Source: Promethearchaeota archaeon (GTDB lineage Archaea > Asgardarchaeota > Lokiarchaeia > Sigyniarchaeales > SOKP01). From it: a stretch of DNA of 64,000 bases. Positions 1-10,357 of the stretch are shown piece after piece. Each line of letters begins with the position of its first letter. The stretch's first letter is position 1. The notes below the pieces were generated by a model, which saw only the letters and a list, made by a program, of their open reading frames with translations, had not been told where the DNA came from and ran no database searches. Location of the stretch: the NCBI GenBank assembly GCA_019058245.1, contig JAHPZJ010000024.1, forward strand, positions 30,036-94,035, given 5' to 3'. A program made the position numbers and the translations under genes.

Positions 1-2449
1 TAGAATCTGTTAAAATTTGTTTCTGTTCAATGATTTTTTTCCATTTTTCTAACTGTTTTAACAACTTTTGAGTATCTGGAACTTGGGTAATTTGTTCTTT
101 GTATATTGGATAGTATTTATACAAATTATTAAGTAGCTCTATCCAAGATTTTTGATTTTCTGTTTGACTTGGTATATCTTTTTTTAATTGGAAAATTATT
201 CTTTTTTCTCTTTTCGTTTTGATAATTCTCAAGAAGTTTTTCATCACTAGATTTTTAAATTCTGAATATTCTACTGGTCTAAAACTAGCTAATGAGTAGC
301 TCATATTATCATCAGCAAATGGGAAGAATTTTATTAATTTATCTTCTGGAACTTCAGGATTATCAAGTAATTCCAGTTCGATATCAGATTTATTAAGACT
401 CTCTAGAATAAGATATAGTTCTCCAGGATTTGTTTTTGTTTTTCGCTCAATTTGGTTCGAGATTTCAAAAATTGGGATAAAGAATTTAGGAAATTTCTCA
501 GGATTCTCGATTCTATATATATATTCTTCTTTTATTATATTGATAATTTGAGTTTCTGTATCGATAGCCAATTCATCAGCTGTAAAAGTTAACTGAGTAT
601 CTTTCATTTTTTCTTTATGCAATGCTTTAGCTTCTTGTTTTTTACTATAACCCGTAGAAAGAGAAGTTATAAAACCATTTGCGGCTTCACCTTCTTCTTC
701 TCTTTTAACTAACCTGCTAGTCCTACTTTCACCTTCTAATGCTCTTTGATATATTCTTTCACTTAGATATTTTCGAGCTTTTTGTTCAGCAACACCTTTC
801 TTTTCAAATACTTCAGTAACTGACATGAAGTCAATAATCTTTACTGACCTTCCTGATTTCTGTTTTTTTTCTGTTATCATAATATCCATATCTCTTTTTG
901 CCAATTGATTAAGAAGATCATATACTTTTCCTTTAGATAATTGAGTAGCTTTAATTAATTCTCGTTCAATTATTTCAATAGGATAAGCTTCGCCTCTTCT
1001 TATATATTCGCTTCTAATAATTTTATATACTTTATCGAGACTTTTTTCTACTTCACTAACAGTTTCTTTCTGTAATCTCATAAACATTGAAGTTTCATGA
1101 GGTTTTATATAGTAGATTAATAGTGTAGTACCCAAGAAGAAGATCATAAGTATTGAGATGATGAATTTATCCCACATTAAGAAAACTCCAATCCCCTCTA
1201 CTTTTTGAAGTGTTATATTAGTTGCAAGAGCGAAACGTGTTAGAGTTTGAGCAAAAACGCAACCTAAACACAACAGAATTAATCCATCCTTTTTAAAGAT
1301 AAATATACGCCATCCAAGGGACTTACCGAGTTTCTTTACTATACGATAAAGAAAATACATTGATATAATAAACTCGAAAATGAAAACAAAAGACACAACA
1401 GAGCCAGTTGTACCTATTGTGGATTTAAATGCAGCTATAGTTTCATTTCGGAGCAATAAAAAGATACTGATTTGTAGAATTTGAAAGAAAAAAATAAAAA
1501 AAATAATCAATGAAAAAGTAAAATTATCAAAAGTGCCAGCTCTTTTAGTTTCAGCTCGTCGTCTAGTAGATACATATTCAAATATTATAAAAACTAGTGT
1601 TAAAACTAAACTAAAATAAATTAATGGCATAATCCGTGTCATTTCCATTTCATAAACAGCAACAGCATTACTAGGTTCTGGATCATTTAACCCAAAAAAA
1701 TCTAAAGATAAAAAAACCAAGAAACTTCTATAAAACAATGAAATCACAACAAGCAGAGTTAAAATAAAAAATGGAAGTATAACAGCAAAAATATATCTTG
1801 GAACTGAATACCTTTTGATGAATCTTGCTTCGATTTTTGTTGAAAATTTTCTAGAATATATATAGAATCTACTGCTTAATAGAATTAGCCAAATCATCGA
1901 TAATGCTAATAAATATGTCATATAGTTAATTCCTGTTCCAATATACAGAAATATGATATATAATATTGTAAATAAACCGCTATATGCTATTATTTGCTTA
2001 ATAACAGTATGTTCTTCGAAAATATAGATTCTTATTTTATCAACACTAAAAATAAATGATAAAACCAGAAAAAGGGCCAAAATTGTATTTGAAAACACAA
2101 AGGGACGCCCAAACATTAAGATATCAATCCATTCTGCACCTGGGAAATTAATTTTTAAAATTAAAACCAGAGAGTAAAAAATAAATAAAATATAAAGACC
2201 AAAAAACTTTTTTTCATAAGAATATGATTTGGGTTCTTTACCCTCAATATATACTTCTTGATGAATTATTTTATCATATATATGAGTTTTGAGTTTTGAT
2301 TTAAAAGCAAAAAATTTCAATCTTAACTTAGAAGAAAATTTGTTACTCTTACTTTTTGCTCTCGGTTTATCCATTATTAAAGTTTTTGATTGGCTTTTCG
2401 CTTCAGAACCCCTTGACTTCTTTGAAGAATTAGATTGTTTATCGGACAT
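1..2449 (-). CDS. Large polytopic membrane protein with C-terminal cytoplasmic region containing two winged-helix-like repeats; 3' end runs off the window
   Basis: Missing from the ORF track because it is open to position 1. Manual translation from ATG at 2449 (MSDKQSNSSKKSRGSEAKSQ...) gives at least 816 codons with no stop, about a dozen hydrophobic segments, then a soluble tail. Confidence 0.85.
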   Translation of the reverse strand, partial: MSDKQSNSSKKSRGSEAKSQSKTLIMDKPRAKSKSNKFSSKLRLKFFAFKSKLKTHIYDKIIHQEVYIEGKEPKSYSYEKKFFGLYILFIFYSLVLILKINFPGAEWIDILMFGRPFVFSNTILALFLVLSFIFSVDKIRIYIFEEHTVIKQIIAYSGLFTILYIIFLYIGTGINYMTYLLALSMIWLILLSSRFYIYSRKFSTKIEARFIKRYSVPRYIFAVILPFFILTLLVVISLFYRSFLVFLSLDFFGLNDPEPSNAVAVYEMEMTRIMPLIYFSLVLTLVFIIFEYVSTRRRAETKRAGTFDNFTFSLIIFFIFFFQILQISIFLLLRNETIAAFKSTIGTTGSVVSFVFIFEFIISMYFLYRIVKKLGKSLGWRIFIFKKDGLILLCLGCVFAQTLTRFALATNITLQKVEGIGVFLMWDKFIISILMIFFLGTTLLIYYIKPHETSMFMRLQKETVSEVEKSLDKVYKIIRSEYIRRGEAYPIEIIERELIKATQLSKGKVYDLLNQLAKRDMDIMITEKKQKSGRSVKIIDFMSVTEVFEKKGVAEQKARKYLSERIYQRALEGESRTSRLVKREEEGEAANGFITSLSTGYSKKQEAKALHKEKMKDTQLTFTADELAIDTETQIINIIKEEYIYRIENPEKFPKFFIPIFEISNQIERKTKTNPGELYLILESLNKSDIELELLDNPEVPEDKLIKFFPFADDNMSYSLASFRPVEYSEFKNLVMKNFLRIIKTKREKRIIFQLKKDIPSQTENQKSWIELLNNLYKYYPIYKEQITQVPDTQKLLKQLEKWKKIIEQKQILTDS

Positions 2450-2871
2450 TTTTTAAACAAAAAATGTTTTTATTATAATTAGTTGTATACGAGAACTTTT
2501 AAAATTTCATAAAACAAGAATTTAAATTAAAAATAATAATTTAGTTTAAAATTATTTATCTTTTTTTAAAGATTCAAAAACATAAAATTTCGAAAATCTT
2601 AATATATTTTAAGCAATTGGTTAATCTTTAATATATACCTTGAAGTATTTAGTATTAAAATATCAATATAAGGATTATTATGAAAATCTTTTATGATATT
2701 TTGGTACCAGCTTATATTATTTATGAGATATCTCTTAAGTGATATAATAATAGAATTATTATGTAATAAATTAGTATCCGTATATTAAAAAACATGCAGT
2801 GTTTGAATGTAAATTTTAAAAATCTTCGGATATAAATTTAAATATAAACAATGTAATATGAAAAATTAAAA

Positions 2872-3150
2872 ATGAAAGCAAAAGATCCTGAGAGTAAAGA
2901 AAGCTTAATCAAATTAGTTAAAAAAGCAATCGAATTACTTGCTGAAAGAAATATATCTAAAACGGTAATTTTATCTTCCTATAAGATTAATTCTGTTTTA
3001 AAAGAAAATTATGGAGTAAACATTAAGGTTGATAAAATTGGTAGAATTCTAAGTAAGATAGCGACGTTGAATGAACTAAAGAGGCTTAATACTAATATTC
3101 CAAAGTATAAATTGCAGATAACGAAGGTTTCAAGTTTACGGTTCTTTTAA
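2872..3150 (+). CDS. Small basic hypothetical protein, possibly winged-helix
   Basis: 92-aa Lys-rich ORF with a helix-helix-helix-strand pattern; no diagnostic motif. Confidence 0.6.
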   Translation: MKAKDPESKESLIKLVKKAIELLAERNISKTVILSSYKINSVLKENYGVNIKVDKIGRILSKIATLNELKRLNTNIPKYKLQITKVSSLRFF

Positions 3151-3157
3151 ATTTTCT

Positions 3158-4525
3158 TTAGTTTAAGTTTCGAAAGCTAGTAATTATTTTTTGAAGTTTT
3201 TCAAGCAAATTCTTTATTTCGGAATTATTTTCTTTGAAAGGAGTTAATTCTGTATTTAATTTTTCAATTTTTTCGTCTATATTTTTCTGTAATGGTAATA
3301 GTGAATTGTTTATTTTTCGTTCAATATTTCCAGATAATTTATTTATCTGTTCGTTAGTATCTGTTAATAATCTTTTATAAATATTGATTAATTCATCAAT
3401 TTGCACAATTGTTTTCTTTCTTTCCTCTGCGTTTTCAGATATAGAATTTCTTAGAGTCTTAAGTTCCTCTTCAATACTAACTAAATTTTTTTCAATTGAG
3501 ATCTTTAGCTCTTTAATTAGTTTTTCCTTGAATTTACTAATATGTTCTTTTAATTCTTTATTAGCTTCAATTCGAGTATCAACATATTTAGAGACATTTT
3601 TCTTGAATTGGTATACTGTTTCATCTAGAGTTCTTTTAAACCAATTGTCTACTTTTCCAAGTCCTGAAGATATTGCTTCTTTCATTTTACTCAAAACCTT
3701 GACAATATATTCAGTTCCTTTAGAAGTTCCTTGATTCAGTCCTTCAATCCAATCTCTCATTTGAGTATTTAGCATCTCTGTAATCTCCTGAGAGAAATTT
3801 TCAGTCCCCTGTTGAAAACTTGAAATAATTGTTTTTATTTGTGAGTCACTTCTTAATTCTTTATCGATCTCTGATGGTTCTTCTGTGATAGGTATTTCTT
3901 GCAAATCTCTTGGAGGAGCTTTAACAAATTCATTTACTTCTTTGATAAGAATAGGATCTTTTTTCTGAACATCTTCTGAAAATTTTTGAACCCATTTATA
4001 ATACTCTAATGAGGTTGGTTTTTCAATTCCATATTGTATCTTATGATATTTCTCAGCTTTCGAAAAATCATCTAATCGGTAGATTTCGAATCCAAGTTCT
4101 TCATTTTTGCCCATAAGAGTATGATCAAAAACAATAGCAAATCCATAAGGAAATTTTTCACCCTGAAAATATTGTAAATTCTTTGTATCACTTTCAGATA
4201 AATATAAACCCCAAGAAGGGTGAGAATGATAGTATCCTATTAAATCCGAGGAATATTTCTTTCCAATTTCAATAAATAAATCATAAATATCTTTATCAAA
4301 ACCTATTTCTACTTTATCTCCATGAGATAATGGAACTGCATTTTCCACGATAACAATATCTTCAGTAGAGTCATATTTTCCTATACAAATTCCCATTACT
4401 TCTATACTTTGTTCTAATGCTTCATTACCAAACCGTAATACATGAGTGAGCATATTTCTAAAAGCTTCCTTTTTAATGAATATCTTTCCTTTTTCACTTT
4501 TTCCCTTTGATTCCATATTCTCCAT
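3158..4525 (-). CDS. JAMM/MPN+ metalloprotease (Rpn11/CSN5-like) with long C-terminal coiled coil
   Basis: EVMGICIG and YYHSHPSWGLYLSESD form a complete E...HxH-x7-S-xx-D JAMM motif; heptad-rich tail. Confidence 0.9.
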   Translation of the reverse strand: MENMESKGKSEKGKIFIKKEAFRNMLTHVLRFGNEALEQSIEVMGICIGKYDSTEDIVIVENAVPLSHGDKVEIGFDKDIYDLFIEIGKKYSSDLIGYYHSHPSWGLYLSESDTKNLQYFQGEKFPYGFAIVFDHTLMGKNEELGFEIYRLDDFSKAEKYHKIQYGIEKPTSLEYYKWVQKFSEDVQKKDPILIKEVNEFVKAPPRDLQEIPITEEPSEIDKELRSDSQIKTIISSFQQGTENFSQEITEMLNTQMRDWIEGLNQGTSKGTEYIVKVLSKMKEAISSGLGKVDNWFKRTLDETVYQFKKNVSKYVDTRIEANKELKEHISKFKEKLIKELKISIEKNLVSIEEELKTLRNSISENAEERKKTIVQIDELINIYKRLLTDTNEQINKLSGNIERKINNSLLPLQKNIDEKIEKLNTELTPFKENNSEIKNLLEKLQKIITSFRNLN

Positions 4526-4531
4526 TTTTTC

Positions 4532-5998
4532 TTATTCCTCTTTTTTGTTTAATTTTTCGATTTTTGTTATTAGATCTTTATTTTTCTTTTCCAATTCAAT
4601 TACATTTTTTTGGAGAGTTTTGATTTCAATTTCTTGTGATTCTAATTTATTCTGGAGTGGTGTTTTTAAACTCTCCAATAAGATAATAGCCGCTTTTAAA
4701 TTGGAAAGGAAACTTTTAGTGTCTTTATTTGAATTTATAAAATTACCAACAATTTTATTACAACTCCTAACAAAATTTTCGGATATCTCTTTAATATTTG
4801 TATCTAATTTGTCTGCAATTAACTCCTCTATAGAATTTATATTATTAGATACACTTTCTAACATAGAGTTTTGTTGATTTAAAGAGTCAGAAGATTTTAA
4901 TTCCTTTATATTGATATCAGTTAGATCATCTATTTGTTTATTAAATTGATTTAGTATTGCGTGAAAACTTTCTTCTAATCTTTTTTCTATCAATAAAGAA
5001 AATTCATTATCTAGTTCTGATTTAATATTTTCAAATGATCCCTTAAAAAATTCTTGGTATGAGTCAAATTCTTCGAATTTATCATCAATATACATATCTA
5101 ATTCATTTAGTTTCTCCTTAATTGAGAATTTAAAATCTTTCTGAAGTGTTGAAATGCTTTCACTAAGAGTATTTTTTATTATAATTACATCTTTCCTCAT
5201 CTGTAAGTTCTTCTCAACAGTTTTTTTTATGATATCTTCACTCCAAGAATTTAAAACTGAAATTAATGGGTCAATAGATGCTTCTACGAATTTTGTCAAA
5301 CCTGCTTTTAGGGAGGATAAGATCATTAGAGAATTCAATTCTGGTTTTTTTGTTAGAATTTGACTTTCACTAGGGAATGTTATATCCCCAAATAAATCAG
5401 GCATTTCGTTAATTTCTAGTATAGGTGGTTCTTTTGAATGAACAGAATTAATTAATTCAATTAATTTTATATAATATTGCAGACTATCAGGAGGTTCGAC
5501 AGTAGTTACAACTTCATGATAACCAGACATCTGACCTTTTGCTGGATTATCTAATCTAAATGCACGATATCCCATATCTCCAGGTTTTTCTAAATATACA
5601 TGATCGAAAACAATCCCAATAGCACTTGGATTTGGGGTTTGCCACCCTAATTGGTTTCTAATATCAGTAGAAGAAAAGAATATATCTAATCCGGGATGAG
5701 AATGATACCAACCACAACTGAACCAATTTTTTTCAGCATATGCAGCATCGACCATAGAAAATGTTATATAATCTTCTGGGGCAAAAGCAACTTCTATTGC
5801 TCCACCATGTGAGATGGGGACTGCATCTTCAATAATAAGCTCTCTTATTCCTTTTTTATCAGGCTCACCCTCTAACCTACCAATTAATATCCCCATAACT
5901 TCTTTAAACTGTCTACGGTCTCTTGCCTTATTCCCAAATCTAAGGACATGCACCAGCATTTTATAATAAGCATCTGGTTTAATAATAACAGACGGCAT
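4532..5998 (-). CDS. JAMM/MPN+ metalloprotease (Rpn11/CSN5-like) with long C-terminal coiled coil
   Basis: YKMLVHVLRFGN, EVMGILIG, GWYHSHPGLDIFFSSTD; coiled-coil tail; 6 bp upstream of its paralog. Confidence 0.92.
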   Translation of the reverse strand: MPSVIIKPDAYYKMLVHVLRFGNKARDRRQFKEVMGILIGRLEGEPDKKGIRELIIEDAVPISHGGAIEVAFAPEDYITFSMVDAAYAEKNWFSCGWYHSHPGLDIFFSSTDIRNQLGWQTPNPSAIGIVFDHVYLEKPGDMGYRAFRLDNPAKGQMSGYHEVVTTVEPPDSLQYYIKLIELINSVHSKEPPILEINEMPDLFGDITFPSESQILTKKPELNSLMILSSLKAGLTKFVEASIDPLISVLNSWSEDIIKKTVEKNLQMRKDVIIIKNTLSESISTLQKDFKFSIKEKLNELDMYIDDKFEEFDSYQEFFKGSFENIKSELDNEFSLLIEKRLEESFHAILNQFNKQIDDLTDINIKELKSSDSLNQQNSMLESVSNNINSIEELIADKLDTNIKEISENFVRSCNKIVGNFINSNKDTKSFLSNLKAAIILLESLKTPLQNKLESQEIEIKTLQKNVIELEKKNKDLITKIEKLNKKEE

Positions 5999-6174
5999 TT
6001 GTTATCACGATTTATGTTTTAGATTTAGTTTGTTAATGATATATATATAATTTAATTGGTTTTAAATATTTGAATAAAAGAATATAATTTAAATCTGATT
6101 TTATTGTCATTTCTCTCAATATATTTATAGTTAAGAAAAAATAAAATCAAAAATAGAAAATATATGTTTAATTA

Positions 6175-6822
6175 CTAATCGTGAGGTAAGGGTTTACCAC
6201 AGAAGGGACAGAATCTAAATCCCAAATCTTTTCCACAAAAAGGGCAAAATTCACTAGCTTTACTTTCAGAATCTTCTATTTCAGCCCCTTCCTTAGGTAT
6301 TGAAGGTAATTGCCTTGTTGTTCTAACAGTTGGGGCTGATGATTGAGCCTCTGCCTTCCTTGCAGCTACTGTTGCTTTAAAGGCTTGTCTTCTCTCCTCC
6401 TCAAGTTCTTGTTGGCTTTTTATCTCTTCAGTTTTTACCCAACCCTGAACTTTAGGCCTTTTCAATTCACTTTCAGGAACACTCTCTAATTCAACTTCTT
6501 TTGTTTCTGAAATAGGAGCCATAACTTTTCTCTCTTCTTTTCTCTGCAGAGATTGTTTAACAAGAGCTTGAGTAGTTTTCATAACTTGATGTGGATTAAT
6601 ATTAGGTATGGCTACAGTTCTAAGAACCCATCCTACAATAATATTTTGATTTGGAAAATCTCCTTCAACATCCTCATCTTTAAAAACATAGGAGTCAATA
6701 ATATCCTGTCCTTTAAGCATCCGTACAGCCCATTTTTCATTAATCAGTCCTAATTGAAGTCGGTAGCTCGTTCCTGGCACACCAAGCTGACCAGATAGGG
6801 GAATAAAACCAATTTCAGTCAA
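6175..6822 (-). CDS. Hypothetical protein with C-terminal double zinc ribbon
   Basis: C-terminal CPFCG...CPFCG; TTG start with a GTGA SD-like element; contains RQLPSIP. Confidence 0.85.
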   Translation of the reverse strand: MTEIGFIPLSGQLGVPGTSYRLQLGLINEKWAVRMLKGQDIIDSYVFKDEDVEGDFPNQNIIVGWVLRTVAIPNINPHQVMKTTQALVKQSLQRKEERKVMAPISETKEVELESVPESELKRPKVQGWVKTEEIKSQQELEEERRQAFKATVAARKAEAQSSAPTVRTTRQLPSIPKEGAEIEDSESKASEFCPFCGKDLGFRFCPFCGKPLPHD

Positions 6823-7034
6823 TATAAATCACATTTTATCTCTAAATTATATGTTTTCTGTAATATTATAATGATAAATTCGGAATTTAAATTATTTTTT
6901 ATTTACAGTAAAAATTTATCTTATAATTAAAAATTTTTATCATCACTTTAGCTATCAAAAGGCATAAATACAAAAATTTGTATTAAATTTGCATATATTT
7001 TCCTCAGAAAAAAAAATTTAAAGAAGATTTTACT

Positions 7035-7985
7035 ATGGTTGTTATTATTCCTAAACAATGTTATCTGGCAGTGGTAGCTGCTGCGGTTAGATTTGCAAAT
7101 ACACGTATTCCTAAAAATGATTGGTTAGAAGTGAGCGGAATTTTCATAGGAAAGAATCAGGGCGATGATGTAATAATTACACAAACATATCCAATAATGC
7201 ATCAAGAACTGGATAAAGATGCTGTAATCGATCAATATAAATGGTCTGATGAGGATTATATTGCTTTTAGTATTATTGATGATGAAGCTTTTGAAAGAGG
7301 TGAATTTACAGTAGGATGGTGGCATTCTCATCCAGATTTTAAAGTAATGATGTCCCATATTGATATACAGACTACTCTTTCCTATCAACAAAATAATCCA
7401 AAAGCAATTTCTTTAGTATTTAATCCTACGAGATTAATTCGACAGATTGAATTAGCTGATAAAAAAGGAGATCCGGATAAACAATTAAAAAATGATCCTG
7501 GCTTTAAAATATTCAGATTAGATGATGTAAATTCTGGTGTAGAGGCTTCATATCATACTGCAGATTACAGAATTGAAGGATATGATAGCATGGAACAATT
7601 AATTGCGCAAACTCAGAAATTTATTATTGATATCACTAATTTTTTTCCTAAAGATAATGTACCAGATACATATAGCAAATTCATTGATGAACGCATAGAA
7701 AAATTGGAGTCTCTCTTTCTTGGTACTGAAGAGTATTTGACCACCTTAACACATCGAGGAGAAAAATCAAGAATTCCAGAAGTTTTAGAAAATCAAAGTC
7801 AAGAAATTCGCAAATTTGTAGCAGATACATCTGTAAAGATAGAAAATATCCGGGAATTTATGAACTATTTAGAATATAAAGAAAGAGAAGTAATATTTCC
7901 TCAGATAGAAGAAATTATAAATAGATGGGATGAACATGTTTCTGGATTAGATAAAAGATTGAAGCAGCTTAAGAAGAGATTTTGA
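7035..7985 (+). CDS. JAMM/MPN+ metalloprotease with helical C-terminal domain
   Basis: EVSGIFIG and GWWHSHPDFKVMMSHID JAMM motif. Confidence 0.9.
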   Translation: MVVIIPKQCYLAVVAAAVRFANTRIPKNDWLEVSGIFIGKNQGDDVIITQTYPIMHQELDKDAVIDQYKWSDEDYIAFSIIDDEAFERGEFTVGWWHSHPDFKVMMSHIDIQTTLSYQQNNPKAISLVFNPTRLIRQIELADKKGDPDKQLKNDPGFKIFRLDDVNSGVEASYHTADYRIEGYDSMEQLIAQTQKFIIDITNFFPKDNVPDTYSKFIDERIEKLESLFLGTEEYLTTLTHRGEKSRIPEVLENQSQEIRKFVADTSVKIENIREFMNYLEYKEREVIFPQIEEIINRWDEHVSGLDKRLKQLKKRF

Positions 7986-8109
7986 ATTAAATAATTTTCA
8001 TCCTATTTTTAGTTTTGATAAATTTTTATTTGATTACGCTTTTTTTTTGATTAATTATTTGATTTTTTTAAATATATTTTCATAGAACTTATAGATCACA
8101 TAAAGTATT

Positions 8110-10314
8110 ATGAAGAAAATAAATTTTCCTTTTACAGCGATTCTTGGTCAAGAGAAAATGAAAATGGGGTTAGTATTGAATGTTATAGACCCTCAAATTG
8201 GTGGTATTCTTCTAACAGGACAACAAGGTACAGGGAAAAGTACAGCTGTCAGGTCTCTTGTAGAATTGATGCCCCAAATCGAAGTTATAACGGGTTGTGA
8301 ATTTTCATGTGATCCACATTCTGATATTGACATTTTATGTCAAAATTGTATAGAAAAGCGGGAAAATGGTAAAATTCGAACGGAATATAGAGATATGTGG
8401 TTAGTAAATTTACCTTTAGGAGTAACAGAAGATATGGTATGTGGGTCGTTATCTATAGACAAAGTCCTTACAGAAGGGATAAGAGCCCTACATCCTGGTT
8501 TATTGGCAAAAGCGAATCGAGGAATACTTTATGTAGACGAAATTAATCTCCTTCAAGATCATATAGTTGATGTTCTTTTAGATTCAGCGGCTTCTGGTGT
8601 TAATATTATAGAAAGAGAAGGTATTTCTGTATCACATCCCTCTAGATTTGTGTTAGTTGGATCGATGAACCCAGAAGAAGGCGATTTAAGACCTCAAATA
8701 GCGGATCGTCTTGGTTTAGAAGTAAGAATAGAAGCACCTAGAGATCCAGAATTACGTGCTGAAATAACTAAAAGAGTAATAGAATTTGATGATCATCCAA
8801 AAGAATTTATTCAAGCTTTTGAAAATGAACAGGAAAAACTGAGAAAGGAAATTATAAATGCTCGTCAAATTTTAAAAGAAGTTCAAATACCAAGCTCAGT
8901 TTATGAATTTGTTTCGAAAATTGTAAACGAGTTGGAGATTTTTTCTCAACGAGCTGATATCACATTTATAAGATGTGCTCGTGCTCATGCTGCATTAAAC
9001 AATAGAAAAACTATAACCGAAGATGATCTTAATGTTGCAATGGATTTGGTATTTAAACACAGAATTCAATCACTCCATTATGAAATGACACCTGAAGAAA
9101 TAAAGGCTAAGATTGCTGAAGTTTATGGAAAAATAAGAGAAGCATATGAAAATACTGATATTCTTCAACCAAATAGGGAAACTGAGGGGCCTTTAAAACA
9201 TGATGACAGTTCTCAAAAAGAGTTTAAACGTCAATCTGTTGATCCTGAAAAAGTCGATATCCCCGAGACAAAAGAAGAGAAATTACCCCCTCCAAAATAT
9301 CCTGATAACAGAAAACGAAATCCAAAACCTGCTGGAGGTTGGAAAGTGAAAAATATTCCTCTTAATGAGGATCTACGATTCTTTGAAGCAAAAAATGGTT
9401 CTCTTCCCTTTATTTATAAAATGGAAAAAAAAATGACGTCTATCTTAGATAATATTAGGAAAGAACGAAAAATTTCTGATTATGGAGGAAGAGGAATAGG
9501 TAGAAGAATTAAAATATCTTCATCACAAAAGGGAAGATATGTCTCATACAGGACTTCCATAAGAGAACAACCAAAATCTATTGCGTTAGACGCTACTATT
9601 AGGAATTATCTTAAAAATATAGTATATAATGAAACTGAAATCGATTTTCCTATCCATTTTAACAAATATGATCTAATGGATAAGATTTATGAATATCGTG
9701 CTCCGCTAGCATTATTCTTTGTATTAGATAGTTCAGCATCTATGTTTTATGTAATAAAACAAATGACCGATGTAATTCTGTCTTTACACAGAGAGGGATA
9801 TAGAAAAAGAGATAAAATTGCCTTAATTATTTTTCGTGGGAAGGAAGCAGTTGTTCTTCAAAAACCTACTGTTAATTTTAAAATGGCAGTTAATAAGTTG
9901 AAAAAGCTCGAGGGGAAATCATATACACCAATGGCAGCAGCATTAAAAAAAGTATCTGAATTAATAAAAATTGAGAAGCTGAAGGATAGAAATATTATTC
10001 CAGTTGTTTTTATATGTAGTGATTGCGGAGCAAATATTTCTGTAAAATATCCTGATTTAATAGCTCAGATTGAAACAGATTATACTTTAATTACAAGGGA
10101 ATTAGAAGAATTGACAAAAAAATTATCAAAACAAAATATCCATATGGTTGTTCTCGAACCAAAAAAATCTTATGCAACTCACGCTTTAGGAGTACATACG
10201 TATTCAGCAGAACTTATTAAAAAAAACTTTAAAAAATATGCTAATGCTCAGATTTATAAATTTAACAAATATAATCCTAATTCATTAATATTAGAATTGA
10301 AGAAAATCCTTTAG
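8110..10314 (+). CDS. Mg/Co-chelatase ChlI/ChlD-type AAA+ ATPase with C-terminal VWA domain
   Basis: FPFTAILGQ, Walker A GQQGTGKS, LAKANRGILYVDEINLL, MNPEEG; Pro/acidic linker; VWA MIDAS-like DSSAS. Confidence 0.92.
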   Translation: MKKINFPFTAILGQEKMKMGLVLNVIDPQIGGILLTGQQGTGKSTAVRSLVELMPQIEVITGCEFSCDPHSDIDILCQNCIEKRENGKIRTEYRDMWLVNLPLGVTEDMVCGSLSIDKVLTEGIRALHPGLLAKANRGILYVDEINLLQDHIVDVLLDSAASGVNIIEREGISVSHPSRFVLVGSMNPEEGDLRPQIADRLGLEVRIEAPRDPELRAEITKRVIEFDDHPKEFIQAFENEQEKLRKEIINARQILKEVQIPSSVYEFVSKIVNELEIFSQRADITFIRCARAHAALNNRKTITEDDLNVAMDLVFKHRIQSLHYEMTPEEIKAKIAEVYGKIREAYENTDILQPNRETEGPLKHDDSSQKEFKRQSVDPEKVDIPETKEEKLPPPKYPDNRKRNPKPAGGWKVKNIPLNEDLRFFEAKNGSLPFIYKMEKKMTSILDNIRKERKISDYGGRGIGRRIKISSSQKGRYVSYRTSIREQPKSIALDATIRNYLKNIVYNETEIDFPIHFNKYDLMDKIYEYRAPLALFFVLDSSASMFYVIKQMTDVILSLHREGYRKRDKIALIIFRGKEAVVLQKPTVNFKMAVNKLKKLEGKSYTPMAAALKKVSELIKIEKLKDRNIIPVVFICSDCGANISVKYPDLIAQIETDYTLITRELEELTKKLSKQNIHMVVLEPKKSYATHALGVHTYSAELIKKNFKKYANAQIYKFNKYNPNSLILELKKIL

Positions 10315-10357
10315 ATTACAATTTTAATTAATAAAAAGAATTTTTTGAGATATTAAT

